A stretch of DNA of 64,000 nt from the human T2T-CHM13v2.0 reference genome, Homo sapiens: assembly GCF_009914755.1 (NCBI RefSeq), contig NC_060947.1; one strand, given 5' to 3'. The translations under genes were made by a program, and so were the position numbers. Below are positions 20,880 to 34,275 of the stretch, piece after piece. The stretch's first letter is position 1; each line of letters opens with the position of its first letter. Below the pieces are notes generated by a model. It was given only the letters and a program-made list of their open reading frames with translations. It searched no databases and was not told where the DNA came from.

Positions 20880-21590
20880 CAACCTTAATATTACCAATAA
20901 TATGCCTCCTTATGTTATACACTGAAGAAAATACATTACCAACGCAGTATTTCTGTCAAAAATGTTTAACGAGGGACTAATCATTAGAAAACTATCAGAC
21001 ATATCTCAGTTGTGATGTATTCTGTCAAACAACTGGCCTGAATTTTTTTAAAATATCAGTGTCACAAATGACAAAAAAGGCCAGGATACTGCTTTGATTA
21101 AAGAAGATTAAAGAGACATGACAACTAAATGCAACAGACGATCCCTGACTGGATTTTAGATAAGAAAAAAAAGACAAGTGTAATAAAAATTATTAAGACA
21201 AATGAGGAAATTTGAATATAGGTAATGGTGTTATATCAATGTCATATTTCTTGATTATGATGATCATATTAAGGATATGTAAGGGAGTGCCCATATTCTT
21301 AGGATATACATGCTGAAGTACTTCATGAATACAGGTCAAGCATTATGATGTCTAAAATTAACTCTCAACTATCTCAGGAAAAAGTATAATAACCACTATA
21401 AAATACATACACATATACACACACACATACACACTAAGGCGGGAGGAAATTGGGAGACTACTTATGAGCATACATGAGGAAAAATGCTAACAATTAATGA
21501 ATTTAGGTAAAAGATATATGGTGTTCATTGGACTGTTCTTTCAATCTTTCTGAAAGTTTGGAATTTTTCAGAATTATGTTACGAAAAGAA
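20880..21590 (+). mobile_element. old L1M (L1MC/ME-like) 3' region
   Basis: attaaagaagattaaagagacatgacaactaaatgcaac...gttcattggactgttctttcaatctttctgaaagtttgg. Confidence 0.7.
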
Positions 21591-22139
21591 AATAAGAGAT
21601 GAAATCATGTATGTAAAATGTGTCTACTAAAGCACCTGACAAATAGTACACATTCAATTAATGGAGATACTGTTGTCACTGAAATAAATACTCAGATAAA
21701 GTCACATACGCAGCTCTCTACCCTCTGAGGACCCAAAATTCAGAGCTGTTGAAACATGAGCCCATGATCTTCCAGTCCACTTACTGCAAGAGCCAAAGTA
21801 TACATGCCTTCCATTCTAGGATGTGCATTGCCTGAACAGTCACTAGACATTTGCCATCCCAAGTCCACTCTGATGTACCTTCAAGCCCTGTGATAAATGA
21901 GACCCAGAGAAAGTGCCTCTGTGCTGATGATGGGACCAGGTCATTCTGCTGCTGCTTGGGACATATTACTGGGTCAGTCGCAGCAGCTGACTACTATCTA
22001 CTCATATTGAAATCCAAGTCATGAGCCCTACAAGAGTTATTCATGGGATGAAGGTGATATACTTTCATCTGTCCCTCTTTGTCTACCAATGCCCTTGCCC
22101 TCTTCATAATGAAAATCAGAGAGCTAACCTTGACTGTAG

Positions 22140-23720
22140 TGCTTGGAGTATACGAGTCAGGCAGCAAAAAGGGGAAAGGAGTGTCAAGGAATTAAATAAG
22201 ACACAGCCACATATCACAGAGGGCCCTGTCTGTCAAATTGAAAAATTTTGACTTTTTACTCTAGGTCATTCTTGTCAAATTAGGACATAAGTTTACCGAG
22301 CATGCATAGCAACTGTTAGGGAGTATTCTAATTTACTTGCCATATAATTTTGATATGACACTATTATTCAATAACAATAGAAACTACTTTAATATTTTAA
22401 AACATACAAGGAGATATTATAGATTAGAATATGAACTTTAATATTTATGATAAAACACAAAATTACAAAGAAATATCATGCCTTCAAGATGTCCACTTCA
22501 GGCCACATTTCTAGGTCTCTAGTGATAAAAGTTCACAATATTTTGCCATTAGAGGTATCATTGCAGATGTTTAGGCAACTCACATTGTAGAAGACAGGCG
22601 GAGCAGAAATATTTTAAGCAGGTGGACAAAATGACAAAATAAACATTTGGAAGATGACTCTGATAGCTACTGTGGAAGTAAAAGAGACCAGAAACCACGT
22701 AGGAGATTATTTGAATTGTCCAACAAAATAAAAAGGGAGCTAACCCCTAAAACAGTGTAGATGAACATCACAAATACTATACATACCTGAATATAAGATG
22801 ACTCCTGAATTTAAGCAATCCATCATTCTCCTAAGAAGATCCCCTCCAAATATTTTTTGACAAACATGAATATGTACAAATATTTAGAGATAGAAATAAA
22901 TTAAATATCTTTTATTATTTTTAATCTAGCTACATATATAACTTTAAAATTGTATAGTTTATTATCTGAAAAGAATCCACAGGCAGAATGAATGAATGAA
23001 AGGACAGGTGGGCATCTAGGGTGGATCTGGGGTAAGTCTAGAATTTCTAGTTTGGATCAGAGAATGATTGAAATGATAATGTTGCCAATCACTTAAAAGG
23101 GAAATATAGGGTATCTGACTTTTTTGAAGAAGTGGAGGGTGAATTTCTGAATATGATAAGTTTGGTTTTTAATATATTGAGGTTGAAGTGCCTGGAAAAC
23201 ATGAGGGGGAAATGTTCAGTTGGCAGTTGGCAATATAGGTATGGAACCTAGGAGGTATTGGGGGATAGAAATGTTGTATTTATTGATAAGTCTTCATGGA
23301 AATGGTTGATATTATTGAAGGAGTTTTTCAAGTGAGAAGAGGAGGGATCTACCCAGAATCCTAGAAAACCCCAACTCTGTGCAGGGGAAGGAGTGAAAGA
23401 AAGGAGTCAGTGAAGAAGCCTGAGATGAAGTGGCCAGAGAACCAGGAAAGGAGAAGAAGAACCACGAAAGACAACACAGAAGCAGAGAAAGGAGATTTTA
23501 CAATGAGGTAATCATAGTGATGTTTAATTCATTGATCATAGCAAAAATAAAAACATTTCACAAAAGTGGTAAAAGCAGAAGCTAAACTAAAGCAAATATG
23601 GAATCACTGGAAAGGGAAAAAGTAGACACAATATATAGACTTTTTTTTTTTTCCTGTAAGCTTGGCAATGAAGGGAAGAAAAAAGAGAATATCAAGAAGA
23701 AAATGTACAGTCAGGGACAG
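22140..23720 (-). mobile_element. fragmented L2 relic
   Basis: gaggttgaagtgcctggaaaacat...gttggcaatataggtatggaacctagg and gaagaagcctgagatgaagtggccagag. Confidence 0.55.
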
Positions 23721-24399
23721 TGCTTCTTTTTTGACAGGTAACATAATAATTTTTTAAAATATATTGTTAGTAAGAAAAATTTCAAATAAAAATCAAAAGA
23801 AATAGCATATTGAACTACCTTATAGCCATTACCCAGTTTCAACAGTTAGCAACTCATGGCTACTTCTGTTTCATCCGAGCCCACCATCCGTTTTCTCCCT
23901 TTTCCATTGTAATCTGAGGAAAATCCCCAAAATCAAATTATTTCATCTATAAAATATTTCAGTATGTATCTCTAAATAAGGTTTCCTTTTAAAAGCCTAT
24001 CTACAATTATATCACACCTAAAATATTAATATTTCAAATATACGACAAGTGTCCAAATGTTGCTCATCTTCTAACTTCCATGTGTTTATTCAAATAAGGA
24101 TCCAAATAAGGTCCATATGTTGCAAATAATGTATCTCATAAGTCTCTTTTTATATATAAATTATCAGAGAGTTTATTTTGTTTTATTAAATTTTAAAGAT
24201 ACCAGAACACATTTCTATGGGAAACAGGATAATCTCTATACAAAGGATGCTGAGGATATTGGATGTGGGATGGATATGGAATTACATAACTATTTCTTGA
24301 ACACTTACGTGTCAGGCACTGTGCTAAGCACTTCATATACAAATATTATCTCACTTTAATTATCATGAACACCCTGAGAAGTTATTATTATCATTCTTG

Positions 24400-25120
24400 T
24401 ATTGGTCTGGACTATTTCAGTTGATGTGAAAAAAAATCAAATTGATTTAAGCATTTAAGCAGAGAAATGAATTCACTGACCTTCATAGTCAAGTTATAGA
24501 AGAACATGATTGCCCTGTTTCCTGCAGTATCCCCATGCCTAAAATAGTTCCTGGACTAATACAGTCACTCAACAAAAATTTGTTGATTGAATAAACTGAA
24601 ACAATGAAAAGGTATATGGCTTCAGGCATGACTGTAACTAGGGGTTCAAACTACATCATCAGGACCCAATATCTTGCAGTTGTGCTTTCCTCTGTGTGAA
24701 TACCACTCTTATTAAGACTTCATCCATGGGGTGGCCCCTAGTAGCAAGATGTTTATATCAACCCAGATTCTGGTCCATAAACAAGAAGTCTCTTCCTGCA
24801 TTGTTCAAAGAAAAGTCTTAAATTTTACTGGAACAAATTGAGTCTTGTGTCTATCTCTGAACCAATCCCTATGGTACACACCAATTGTTTAAAGAGAGAT
24901 CCAGTGTCCGTGTAAGGAACAATCACTGTGGCTAAGAAGATAAATTTTTGAATGGTCATGCCTGGGGGACAAGCCCATTCCCACAGTCAAGAGTGAAATA
25001 AGCTTCCCCTCACCCAACCATGTAGGCTGGAAGTGGAGAAAAGGTCGTTCCTGGAGGAAAAAGACAGGTTCTGCTACCAGAAGGAGGAATAGAAGCTGAG
25101 TAGGCAGAAACAACAAATGT
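24400..25120 (-). mobile_element. old MLT1-type LTR with a nested L2 3' fragment
   Basis: tggcttcaggcatgactgtaactaggggttcaaac...gtctatctctgaaccaatc; L2 end tcaacaaaaatttgttgattgaat at about 24570-24595. Confidence 0.55.
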
Positions 25121-25164
25121 CCCAGTTTTACAGAAGAGGAGCTTGAGTAAACTGCCCAAAATAG

Positions 25165-25430
25165 CAGTAGAGAAGAATGGTTAGGAGCATACCTTACAGA
25201 GTGACCAATCTGTATTCAACCCCTCATTTTCCACTTCGTGGTCATGTAACCTTGAACAAGTCTATTATTACCCTCGTAATCCTCAGTTGATCATCTGTAA
25301 AATGAGGGTAAGGATAGAATCTACCTCATATGTTTGAGGTGAAAATTGAGTAGTAGTAATGTAGGAAAAGTACAATAATACAGTATAATAATACTATAAT
25401 ATAGTAAGCACTCAAGAATAATAGCTATCA
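25165..25430 (+). mobile_element. MIR SINE
   Basis: gtaaccttgaacaag...cctcagttgatcatctgtaaaatgaggg. Confidence 0.7.
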
Positions 25431-26250
25431 ATAGCACTCAAGAATAATAACTATTAATATTGCTCAGTCACACAACTAGTATGGGACAAAATAATGTACT
25501 AAGCTACAAAAAGAAATGAAAGCGTGCATGGGTACATGCCCTTTTATCATTTCTGTGCCATTTCTGAGAAGAGAACACCTGGCAGAGTGTGATTATAGAC
25601 TGAGAAAAAGATACTACCACGATCAGTGCATGTTTAGAAATCTAGTGTTATTGTCTAAAGGGATAATCAGCACCCAGTGGCAGTTTTCACTGATCTTAAA
25701 ACCTTCAATATCTCTCCCTCAAAGGCCTGGGACCTCACCTGTCACTGGCCACAGTCTAAGGCTTTTCATCCAAATCATTTATATCTGTAGATACCAGAAC
25801 CACTGAAGTAATGTTTGGAAAACACAAGAACTGAGCCACCTTGACCTTGGAATCTACAAAGCTAGCCTACAGGAAAACAAATAGGTTATTTAGTCAAATA
25901 GTCATATAGATCTTGGTTAAAACTTTGGCTCTGCCCGTTTATAAAATTGTGAAATTCAATTTACTTCTGAGACTATCAGTTTTTTTCCATGTGTAATAAT
26001 GGGGATAACAACTCTTGCCTCACAAAATTATTCTGAATATTGGATGATGTCAACATGTATAAAGCAGCTTAGTACATTACCTGCACAGAAACTGCCCAGT
26101 AAGTGAAATTTTCGTCTCTACTACCATCAAACCATTGGCCATCCCCTTAAGGGGTCATGTTTGTTGACTTTCTTACAGTCCTACCTTCACTTCAGTACTG
26201 CACATCCTTTTTCAGTCTTGAAAGATACACTCATCAAGATTACTCACTTG

Positions 26251-26767
26251 GGAAAAAAAAGATGAGATTTGCATAGCTTTGTTTGTTTTTTGTTTGGGTT
26301 TTTAATTTTTGTTTGACTCAGGATTTAAAAACTGAAACAGTGAAGATGACAGCAGTTGGTTGAAGCAACATTTCCTATAAGTCTACAATATGACCAAGGG
26401 CTTTGTACTTTTTTAAAATAGTCATTCCAAATATCATAAAATGCAGTGTTACAGAAAGTCCCTTGAACTCCAAAAAGCTGCCCCACTTCACCAGAAAGAC
26501 AATGGCCCAGTTCTCACCTGAGTCCAAATAGAGAAAGTGACAAAATTGTTTTTGTGTAAATTATTTTCATCTTGGGCATTTTTTACACTTATGCCTTAAT
26601 ACTTTTATACTTTTTAAAAGTATTGTTTTATTTTGACTGATCAGCCATCATGGTCCTGTCAATGAAGGATTTTGGTTTCCCCTAGAGTAAGTAGAGGTGT
26701 GGAGGCAGTCAAGGCTTACCTGTACAGTGACAGGACCAGTTCAGTAAAAGTGTATGCCTTTTAAAAA
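26251..26767 (+). pseudogene. ACTB: 5'-truncated processed pseudogene of beta-actin (3'UTR only)
   Basis: Colinear with the ACTB 3'UTR: aagatgagattgcat...ttgactcaggatttaaaaactg...atagtcattccaaatat...aatggcccagt...gtggaggcagtcaaggcttacctgtaca...; flanked by a degenerate 15-bp TSD (aagattactcacttg 26236-26250 / aaaatttctcacttg 26764-26778). Confidence 0.9.
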
Positions 26768-27276
26768 TTTCTCACTTGTTCCAGCCTACAATACACCAAT
26801 AAAACTTTGACTTTTTCTGACATCTGACTTCATAGACCCTGGACCAGATAACTGCAGATGCTAAACCTCTTTTTGTGTCTTGATATCAGACAGGCCTCTT
26901 CTAGAGCTTTTTAAAAAAAAAAAAATTCTTTATTTTTATTTTTTATTTCCATAGCTTATTGAGGAACAGGTGGTGTTTTGTTACATGAGTAAGTTCTTTA
27001 GTGATGATTTGTGAGACTTTGGTGCACCCATCACCCAAGCAGTATACACTGCATCCTATTTGTAGACTTTTATCCCTCACCCCATTTCCATCCTTTCCCA
27101 CTGAGTTCCCAAAGTCCATCATGTCATCCTTATGCTTTTGCATCCTCATAGCTTAGCTCCCACGTATAAACGAGAACATACAATGCTTGGTTTTCCATTC
27201 CTGAGTTACTTCACCTAGAAGAGTAGTCTCCAATTTCATCTAGGTCACTGCAAATGTCATTAATTTGTTCCTTTTT

Positions 27277-27545
27277 GAACAGAAAACCAAACACCGCATG
27301 TTCTCACTCATAAGTGGGAGTTGAACAATGAGAACACATGGACATGGGGAAGGGAACATCACACACCGGGACCTGTCAGGGGTTGGGGGACAAGGGGAGG
27401 GAGAGCATTAGGACAAATACCTAATGCATGTGGGGCTTAAAACTTAGATGATGGGTTGATAGGTGCATCAAACCACCATGGCACATGTATACCTATGTAA
27501 CAAACCTGCACTTTCTGCACCAGTATCCTGGAACTTAAAGTAAAA
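27277..27545 (+). mobile_element. L1PA7/8-like 3' end fragment
   Basis: gaacagaaaaccaaacaccgcatgttctcactcataagtgggag...ggaacttaaagtaaaa. Confidence 0.9.
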
Positions 27546-28882
27546 TTTTTATATGTATATAAATTTTATATATATTTTATATATAAAATATATGTATATA
27601 TTTATATAAATATATATAAAAATATATTTATTTATATATATATTTATATATAAATATATATAAAAATATATTTATTTATATATATATTTATATATAAATA
27701 TATATATAAATATATTTATTTATATATATATTTATATATATATTTATATATAAATATATTTATATATATATATTTATATATAAATATATTTATTTATATA
27801 TATATTTATATATAAATATATATAAATATATTTATTTATATATATATTTATATATAAATATATATAAATATATTTATTTATATATATATTTATATATAAA
27901 TATATATAAATATATTTATTTATATATATATTTATATATAAATATATAAATATATTTATTTATATATATTTATAAAAATATATTTATATATATTTATATA
28001 TAAATATATTTATATATATTTATATATAAATATATTTATATATAAATGAATATATTTATATATATTTATATATAAATATATTTATATATAAATGAATATA
28101 TTTATATATATTTATATATAAATATATTTAAATGAATATATTTATATATAAATATATATAAATGAATATATTTATATATAAATATATATAAATGAATATA
28201 TTTATATATAAATATATATAAATGAATATATTTATATATAAATATATATAAATGAATATATTTATATATAAATATATATAAATGAATATATTTATATATA
28301 AATATATATAAATGAATATATTTATATATAAATATATATAAATGAATATATTTATATATAAATATATAAATGAATATATTTATATATAAATATATATAAA
28401 TGAATATATTTATATATAAATATATATAAATGAATATATTTATATATAAATATATATAAATGAATATATTTATATATAAATATATATAAATGAATATATT
28501 TATATATAAATATATATAAATGAATATATTTATATATAAATATATATAAATGAATATATTTATATATAAATATATATAAATGAATATATTTATATATAAA
28601 TATATATAAATGAATATATTTATATATAAATATATATAAATGAATATATTTATATATAAATATATATAATATGAATGTGTTTTATATATAAAATATATAA
28701 ATTATATATATTATATATAAATTTTATATATTTATATTAATATAAAATATATATTTTATATAAATTTATATATAATATATAATATATATATAAATTTTAC
28801 TTTTATATTTTTTATATTATATATAGAAATTTATATATATAATATATAAACATTATATTATATATAAATATAAATATATATA
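27546..28882. repeat. AT-rich minisatellite/VNTR with a 30-bp core unit aatgaatatatttatatataaatatatata
   Basis: About 1.3 kb of almost pure A/T; near-perfect 30-mer array at about 28130-28670. Confidence 0.97.
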
Positions 28883-30984
28883 TTCCTTCTTACGACTGAG
28901 TAGTATTCACGTGTGTATATCTCACAGTTTCTTTATCCACTCGTTGATTGATCGGCATTTGAGTTGGTTCCACCATTTTGCAATTCCAAATTGTGCAGCT
29001 ATAAACATGCATGTGCAAGTATCTTTTTTGTATAATGACTTATTTTCCTCTGGAAAGATACCATGTAGTGGGATTGCTGGATTAACTGCTAGTTCTACTT
29101 TAGTTCTTTAAAGAATCTCCATAGTTTTTCATAGTGATTGTACTAGTTTACATACCCACTAGCAGTGTATCAGTGTTCTCCGTTCACTGCATTCGTGCCA
29201 ACATCTATTTTTTTTTTATTTTTTGATTATGACGATTCTTGCAGGAGTAAGGTGGTATTGCATTATGGTTTTTATTTGCATTTCCCCGATCATTAGTGAT
29301 GTTGAGCATTTTTTCATATGTTTGTTGGCCATTTGTATATCTTCTTTTGAGAATTGTCTATTCATGTCCATAGCCCACTTTTTGATGGAATTGTTTGTTT
29401 TCTCCTTGCTATTTGTTTGAGTTTGTTGTTGATTCTGGATATTAGTCCTTTTCCAGATGTATACATTGTGAAGACTTTCTCCCACTCTGTGGGTTGCCTG
29501 TTTCTTCTGCTGACTGTTCCTTTTGCTGTGCAAAATCTCTTTAGTTTAATTAAGTTTCAACTACTTCCCGTCGTTTTTATTATATTTGCTTTTGGTTTCT
29601 TGGTCATAAAATTATTGCCTAAGCCAATGTCTAGAAGGGTTTTTCCAATGTTATCTTCTAGAATTTTTACAGTTTCAGGTGTTAGATTTAAGTTCATGAT
29701 CCATCTTTGGTTGATTTTTGTATAAGGTGAGAGATGAGAATCCAGTTTCATTTGCCTACATGTGGCTTGCCAATTATCCCAGCAGCATTTGTTAAATAGG
29801 ATGTCCTTTTCCCACTTTATGTTTTTGTATGCTAAGTCAAAGATCATATAAGTATTTGGATTCATTTCTGAGTTCTCTATTCTGTTCCACTGGTCTATTT
29901 ATTTTTATTTTTTTTATTTTTTTTTTGCCAGTACCATGCTGTTTTGGTGACTATGGCCTTATAGCATAGTTTAAATTCTGTCACCACACCTCTTCAACAT
30001 AGTACTGAGAGTCCTAACCAGAGCCATCAGACAAGAGAAGAAATAAAGGGCATCCAAATTGGTAAAGAGAAAGTTAAACTGTCACTGTTTGCTGATGTTA
30101 TAATTGTTTACCTAGAAAACCCTAAAGACTCCTCCAGAAAGCTCCTAGAACTGATAAAAGAATTCAGCAAAGTTTCTGGATACAAAATTAATGTACACAA
30201 ATCAGTAGCTCTTCTATACACCAACAGCAGACAAGCTGAGAATCAAATCAAGAACCCAAACCCTTTTACAAAAAAAAAAAAAGAATGCTTAGAAATGTAC
30301 CTAACCAAGGAGGTGAGAGACCTCTACAAGGAAAACTACAAAACACTGCTGAAAGAAATCATAGACAACACAAACAAATGAAAACACATCCCATGCTCAT
30401 GGATGGGTAGAATCAATATTGTGAAAATGACCAGGCTGCCAAAAGCAATCTACAAATTCAGTGCAATTTCTATGAAAATACCACCATCATTTTTCACAGA
30501 TTTAAAAAAAAATTCTGAAATTCATATGGAACTAAAAAAGAGTCAGCATAGTCAAAGCAAGACTAAGAAAAAGGACAAATCTGGAGACACCACATTACCT
30601 AATTTCAAGAGCCTTTAAACTCAAGTAAACCTATTGTCTTTAATCTACACTGCCAACTACAGAGCATAAATATGAAGTACCAGTAAAATGTCAGAGCAAG
30701 ACCTCTTGTCCGCTTTTATATTAGTCACCTTGACATTCCCCACAGCATTGTGCTACAAAATGCCTCCCATCCCCTCACTCAGAGCTATGATTTGCTGTTT
30801 CCTTTTGCAGCAAAATGCCACTGTCCTCTCCCACATTTTCTCGTATGCTGATATTGGACATATGCTATAATCTGATGAGTTTATCCTATTGGCATCACAA
30901 AATCTTATCATTTCCTTATTAGAAAGGTATCATCTTTCTCACATAACATAATTCAGACAGCTTGCAGATTCTCAGAGAGTCTAG

Positions 30985-33900
30985 ATCATCAAGATGGCTG
31001 ACAACCCACAGTCATTACAAAGAAGGAACAAAACAGCAGCTAGATAAACAGACGTTGAATAGGCCATTTAGGGAAGAATGCTAGAATCCAGCAAGGAAGT
31101 TACAGAGACCCTCGGATGCACAGGAGCTCAAGATAGCAGCATGGAGAGGGTAAAAGGGCAGTGAGTGAATTAACTTGGAGCCATGAGCATTCCCCATTGT
31201 TGAAGAAAAGTTAAGAGACATCTACAGCAGTCCACATTCCTATGGAACATACCTGGAGTCCTACCTACAGGAGAGACCCTTGGCACTCATGGGCCCTGAG
31301 CCAAGTATAGGGAGCTACCTGAATTCTGTACAACTGTTCCAGAGAGGGAATTCGTGCCAGGTTCCACCCACCAGCCAGGTCCTAAGCTGCTGCAGCACAG
31401 TGCCATTTTGAGAGTGGAAACCACACCCAACTACATCGTGCCCAGAAGATACTTAATATCCCCTGCATTTTCACAACCCTTGGGCTCAACTGACATCCCC
31501 TACATCCACCCAGAGGACTGCAGCATCATGATGCCAGTAGGAACTAGCAGTCTGACGATGTTGCCAGCACCCAAGTGTCTTACCAAAAAAAAAAAAAAAA
31601 AAAAAGGTAGTCCAGCACATCAGAGAGGCTACCCTCAGAAACAGGGAATTGGAGCATGTGTTCCCCAGGACCTGAGAGCAATTTATTTGGGGCCACTGCC
31701 ACCAGGAGTGATTCCTCCCTCCTCTGGCAGTGACACCAATAGGCACCCTTGAAACTTGCCCAGAAGCCTGGAAACTGGCCCACCTGACTTGCCACAGCCA
31801 CTACCAGTGCCTATGCACATTGCCCAGGGATCTAGGACTAGAAAGTCCAGGGTAAGATGTCACTACCGACAATGCCCATGCACCCCATCCAGGGGTGAAA
31901 GAAGTGGCCTATGATGGCCAACGTCAATGCCTGTGTGCACCACTTGGAGGCACTAAGAGAAGCTTGACCAGCCTGCCATCCACACCACTGGTGTGTGTGC
32001 ACTCCATTTGGAAACTCTAGGACTAGCCTGCCTGGGACCTGAGGCCATCACAGCTGGCACTCAAGCATGCCACCTGAGTGCCCCAAAACCAGCCTGACGA
32101 AGCCACTGTTCCCTGCTACCACTGCTGCTGGTGCCCACATACACAACCTAGGGGACTGAGGACTGGCCAGCTGACAACCAATAAATGAATGTAGTAGAGT
32201 TGCAGGCTACAAAATCCACACACAAAATCAGTAGCATTTCTATACCCCAATAATGAAAGAGTTGAAAAAGAAATCAAGAAAGCAATCCCATTTACAATAG
32301 CTACAAAGAAATTAAATATCTAGGAATAAGTCTAACCATGAAGGTGGAAGCTTTCTGTGATGAAAAATACAAAACATTATAAAATAAATAGAAGTGGACA
32401 CAAAAAACAGAAAGACATCCCATGCTCATGAACTGTAAGAATTAATATTGTTAAAACGACCATACTATACAGTAATCTATAGATTCTATGCAATACCTAT
32501 GAAAACACCAATGACATTCCTCACAAAAATAGAAAGAAAAGCTTCAAATTAATATGAAACCAGAAAAGACCCTGAATACACAAAGCAATCTTGGGCATAA
32601 AGAACAAAGCTGTAGGAATCTCACTACCTGACTTCAAAACATACTACAAAACTACAGTAACCAAAACAGCTTGGTACAGTTATAAGAACACAGAAAGATC
32701 AATGGAGCAGAACATAATCCAGAAATAAATTCACATATTTACAGCCAACTGATTTTCAAGAAATGTGGCAAGAACATACATTGGGAAATGGACACTTTCT
32801 TCAATATATGGTGCTGGGAAGTCTGGGATAGTCATATGCCTAAGAATTAAAGTAGACCCCTATCTTTCACCATATGCAAACATAAACTTAAAATAGACTA
32901 AAGACAAACATGTGATCCAAAACTATAAAACTCCTAGAAGAAACCACAGGAGGAATACCTCAGGATATCGTTTAGGAAAAGATATTATGGTAAAACTTCA
33001 AAAGCACAGGAAATACAAAATAAAAATAGGCAAATGATATTATATCAAACTAAAAAGTCTTTACACAGAAAAAGAAATAATTAGCAGAGCAAAGAGACAA
33101 CCTGTAGAATGGGGGAAAACATATAAAAACTATACAGGCATGAATATCTAAAATACACAAGGATCTCAAATAATTCAACAATAACAACAGAAAAACAAAT
33201 AAATCCAATTAAAAGTGGGCAAAGGATCCAAGTAAACATTTCTCAAAAGAAGACACACAAAGAGCAAATAAATATATTTTAAAATGCCAATGTCACTAAT
33301 CATCAGGGAAATGCAAAGCAAAATTATAATGAGATATCACTTTTCTCCAGTTAGAATGCCTATCCCAGAAAAGACAAAAAAAATAAATAAATACTGGCAT
33401 AGATTCAGAGAAAAGGGAACTCTTATATACCATTGGTGGGAATGTACATTAGTAAGCCATTATGGAAAATAGTATGAAGGATTCTCAAAAATCTAAAACT
33501 AGAACTACTATATAATCCAGCAATTCTAGCACTGAGGATCTATCCAAAGGACAAAATAATCAGTATATCAAAGAGACATCTGCATCCTCATGTTTATTGT
33601 AGCTCTATTAACAATAGTAAACATAAAGAATCAACCTAAGTTTCCACCAATAGATAAGTAGATAAGGAAAATGTGGCATATATGTATACAGTTGAATACT
33701 GTTCAGTAGTAGAAAAAATGAAAGACTGTCATTTGCGGCAACATGATTGATCCTGCAGGACATTATGTTAAGTGAAATAAGTCAGGCACAGAAAGATAAA
33801 TACTGCATGTTCTCACTTATATGTGGGAGCAAAGAAAATTAAGTTCATAGAAGTAGAAAGTAGAATAGAGGTTATTAGAGGTTGGAAGTGTGGAGTGGAG

Positions 33901-34202
33901 GAGAAGATAAGGAGAGTTTGATTAACAGATTCAAAATTACAGCTAGATAGGGAGAACAAGTTCTAGTGTTGTGTAACAATGAAGGGTAAATATGGTTAAC
34001 AACACTTACTGTGTATATTTAAAAAGCTAGAGGAGAGGATTTTGAATGTTCACAACAGAAAGATATAAATATTTAAGGTGATGGCTATGCTAACTATCCT
34101 GATTTGATCATTACACATTCTGTACATGTATCAAAATATCACTCTCTATCCCACAAATATATAAGTAATTATTACATGTGAACTGAAAATAATAGGAAAA
34201 AA
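30985..34202 (+). mobile_element. L1MA-type element: 5'UTR (30985-32170) joined directly to distal ORF2 and 3'UTR
   Basis: caagatggc YY1-type start and a GC-richer 5'UTR, then aataaatgaatgtagtagagttgcaggctacaaaatc (ORF2) through the 3'UTR to an A-rich end. Confidence 0.8.
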
Positions 34203-34275
34203 ATGTAGAGTCTTAAGTCCTTCTCTGACCTACTGAACCAGAATCTGAATTTTAATAGGATCTCCAGGTAATTAA
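34203..34275. mobile_element. MER5A-like hAT MITE fragment (other part at about 30960-30975)
   Basis: gacctactgaaccagaatctgaattttaataggatctccaggtaat; left piece tgcagattctcag. Confidence 0.55.

Larger units (their letters stand above)
26926..30608 (-). mobile_element. 5'-inverted (twin-primed) L1PB-like element, interrupted by a younger L1 and an AT array
   Basis: Minus-strand 3' part at 26926-27276 and 28883-29977; plus-oriented ORF2 segment at 29980-30608; probable TSD agagc(t/c)ttt..aaa near 26903 and 30608. Confidence 0.85.

Noticed and set aside
28130-28670. Regular 30-bp repeats as a CRISPR-like array
   Set aside because: No unique spacers and a eukaryotic context; it is a tandem minisatellite.
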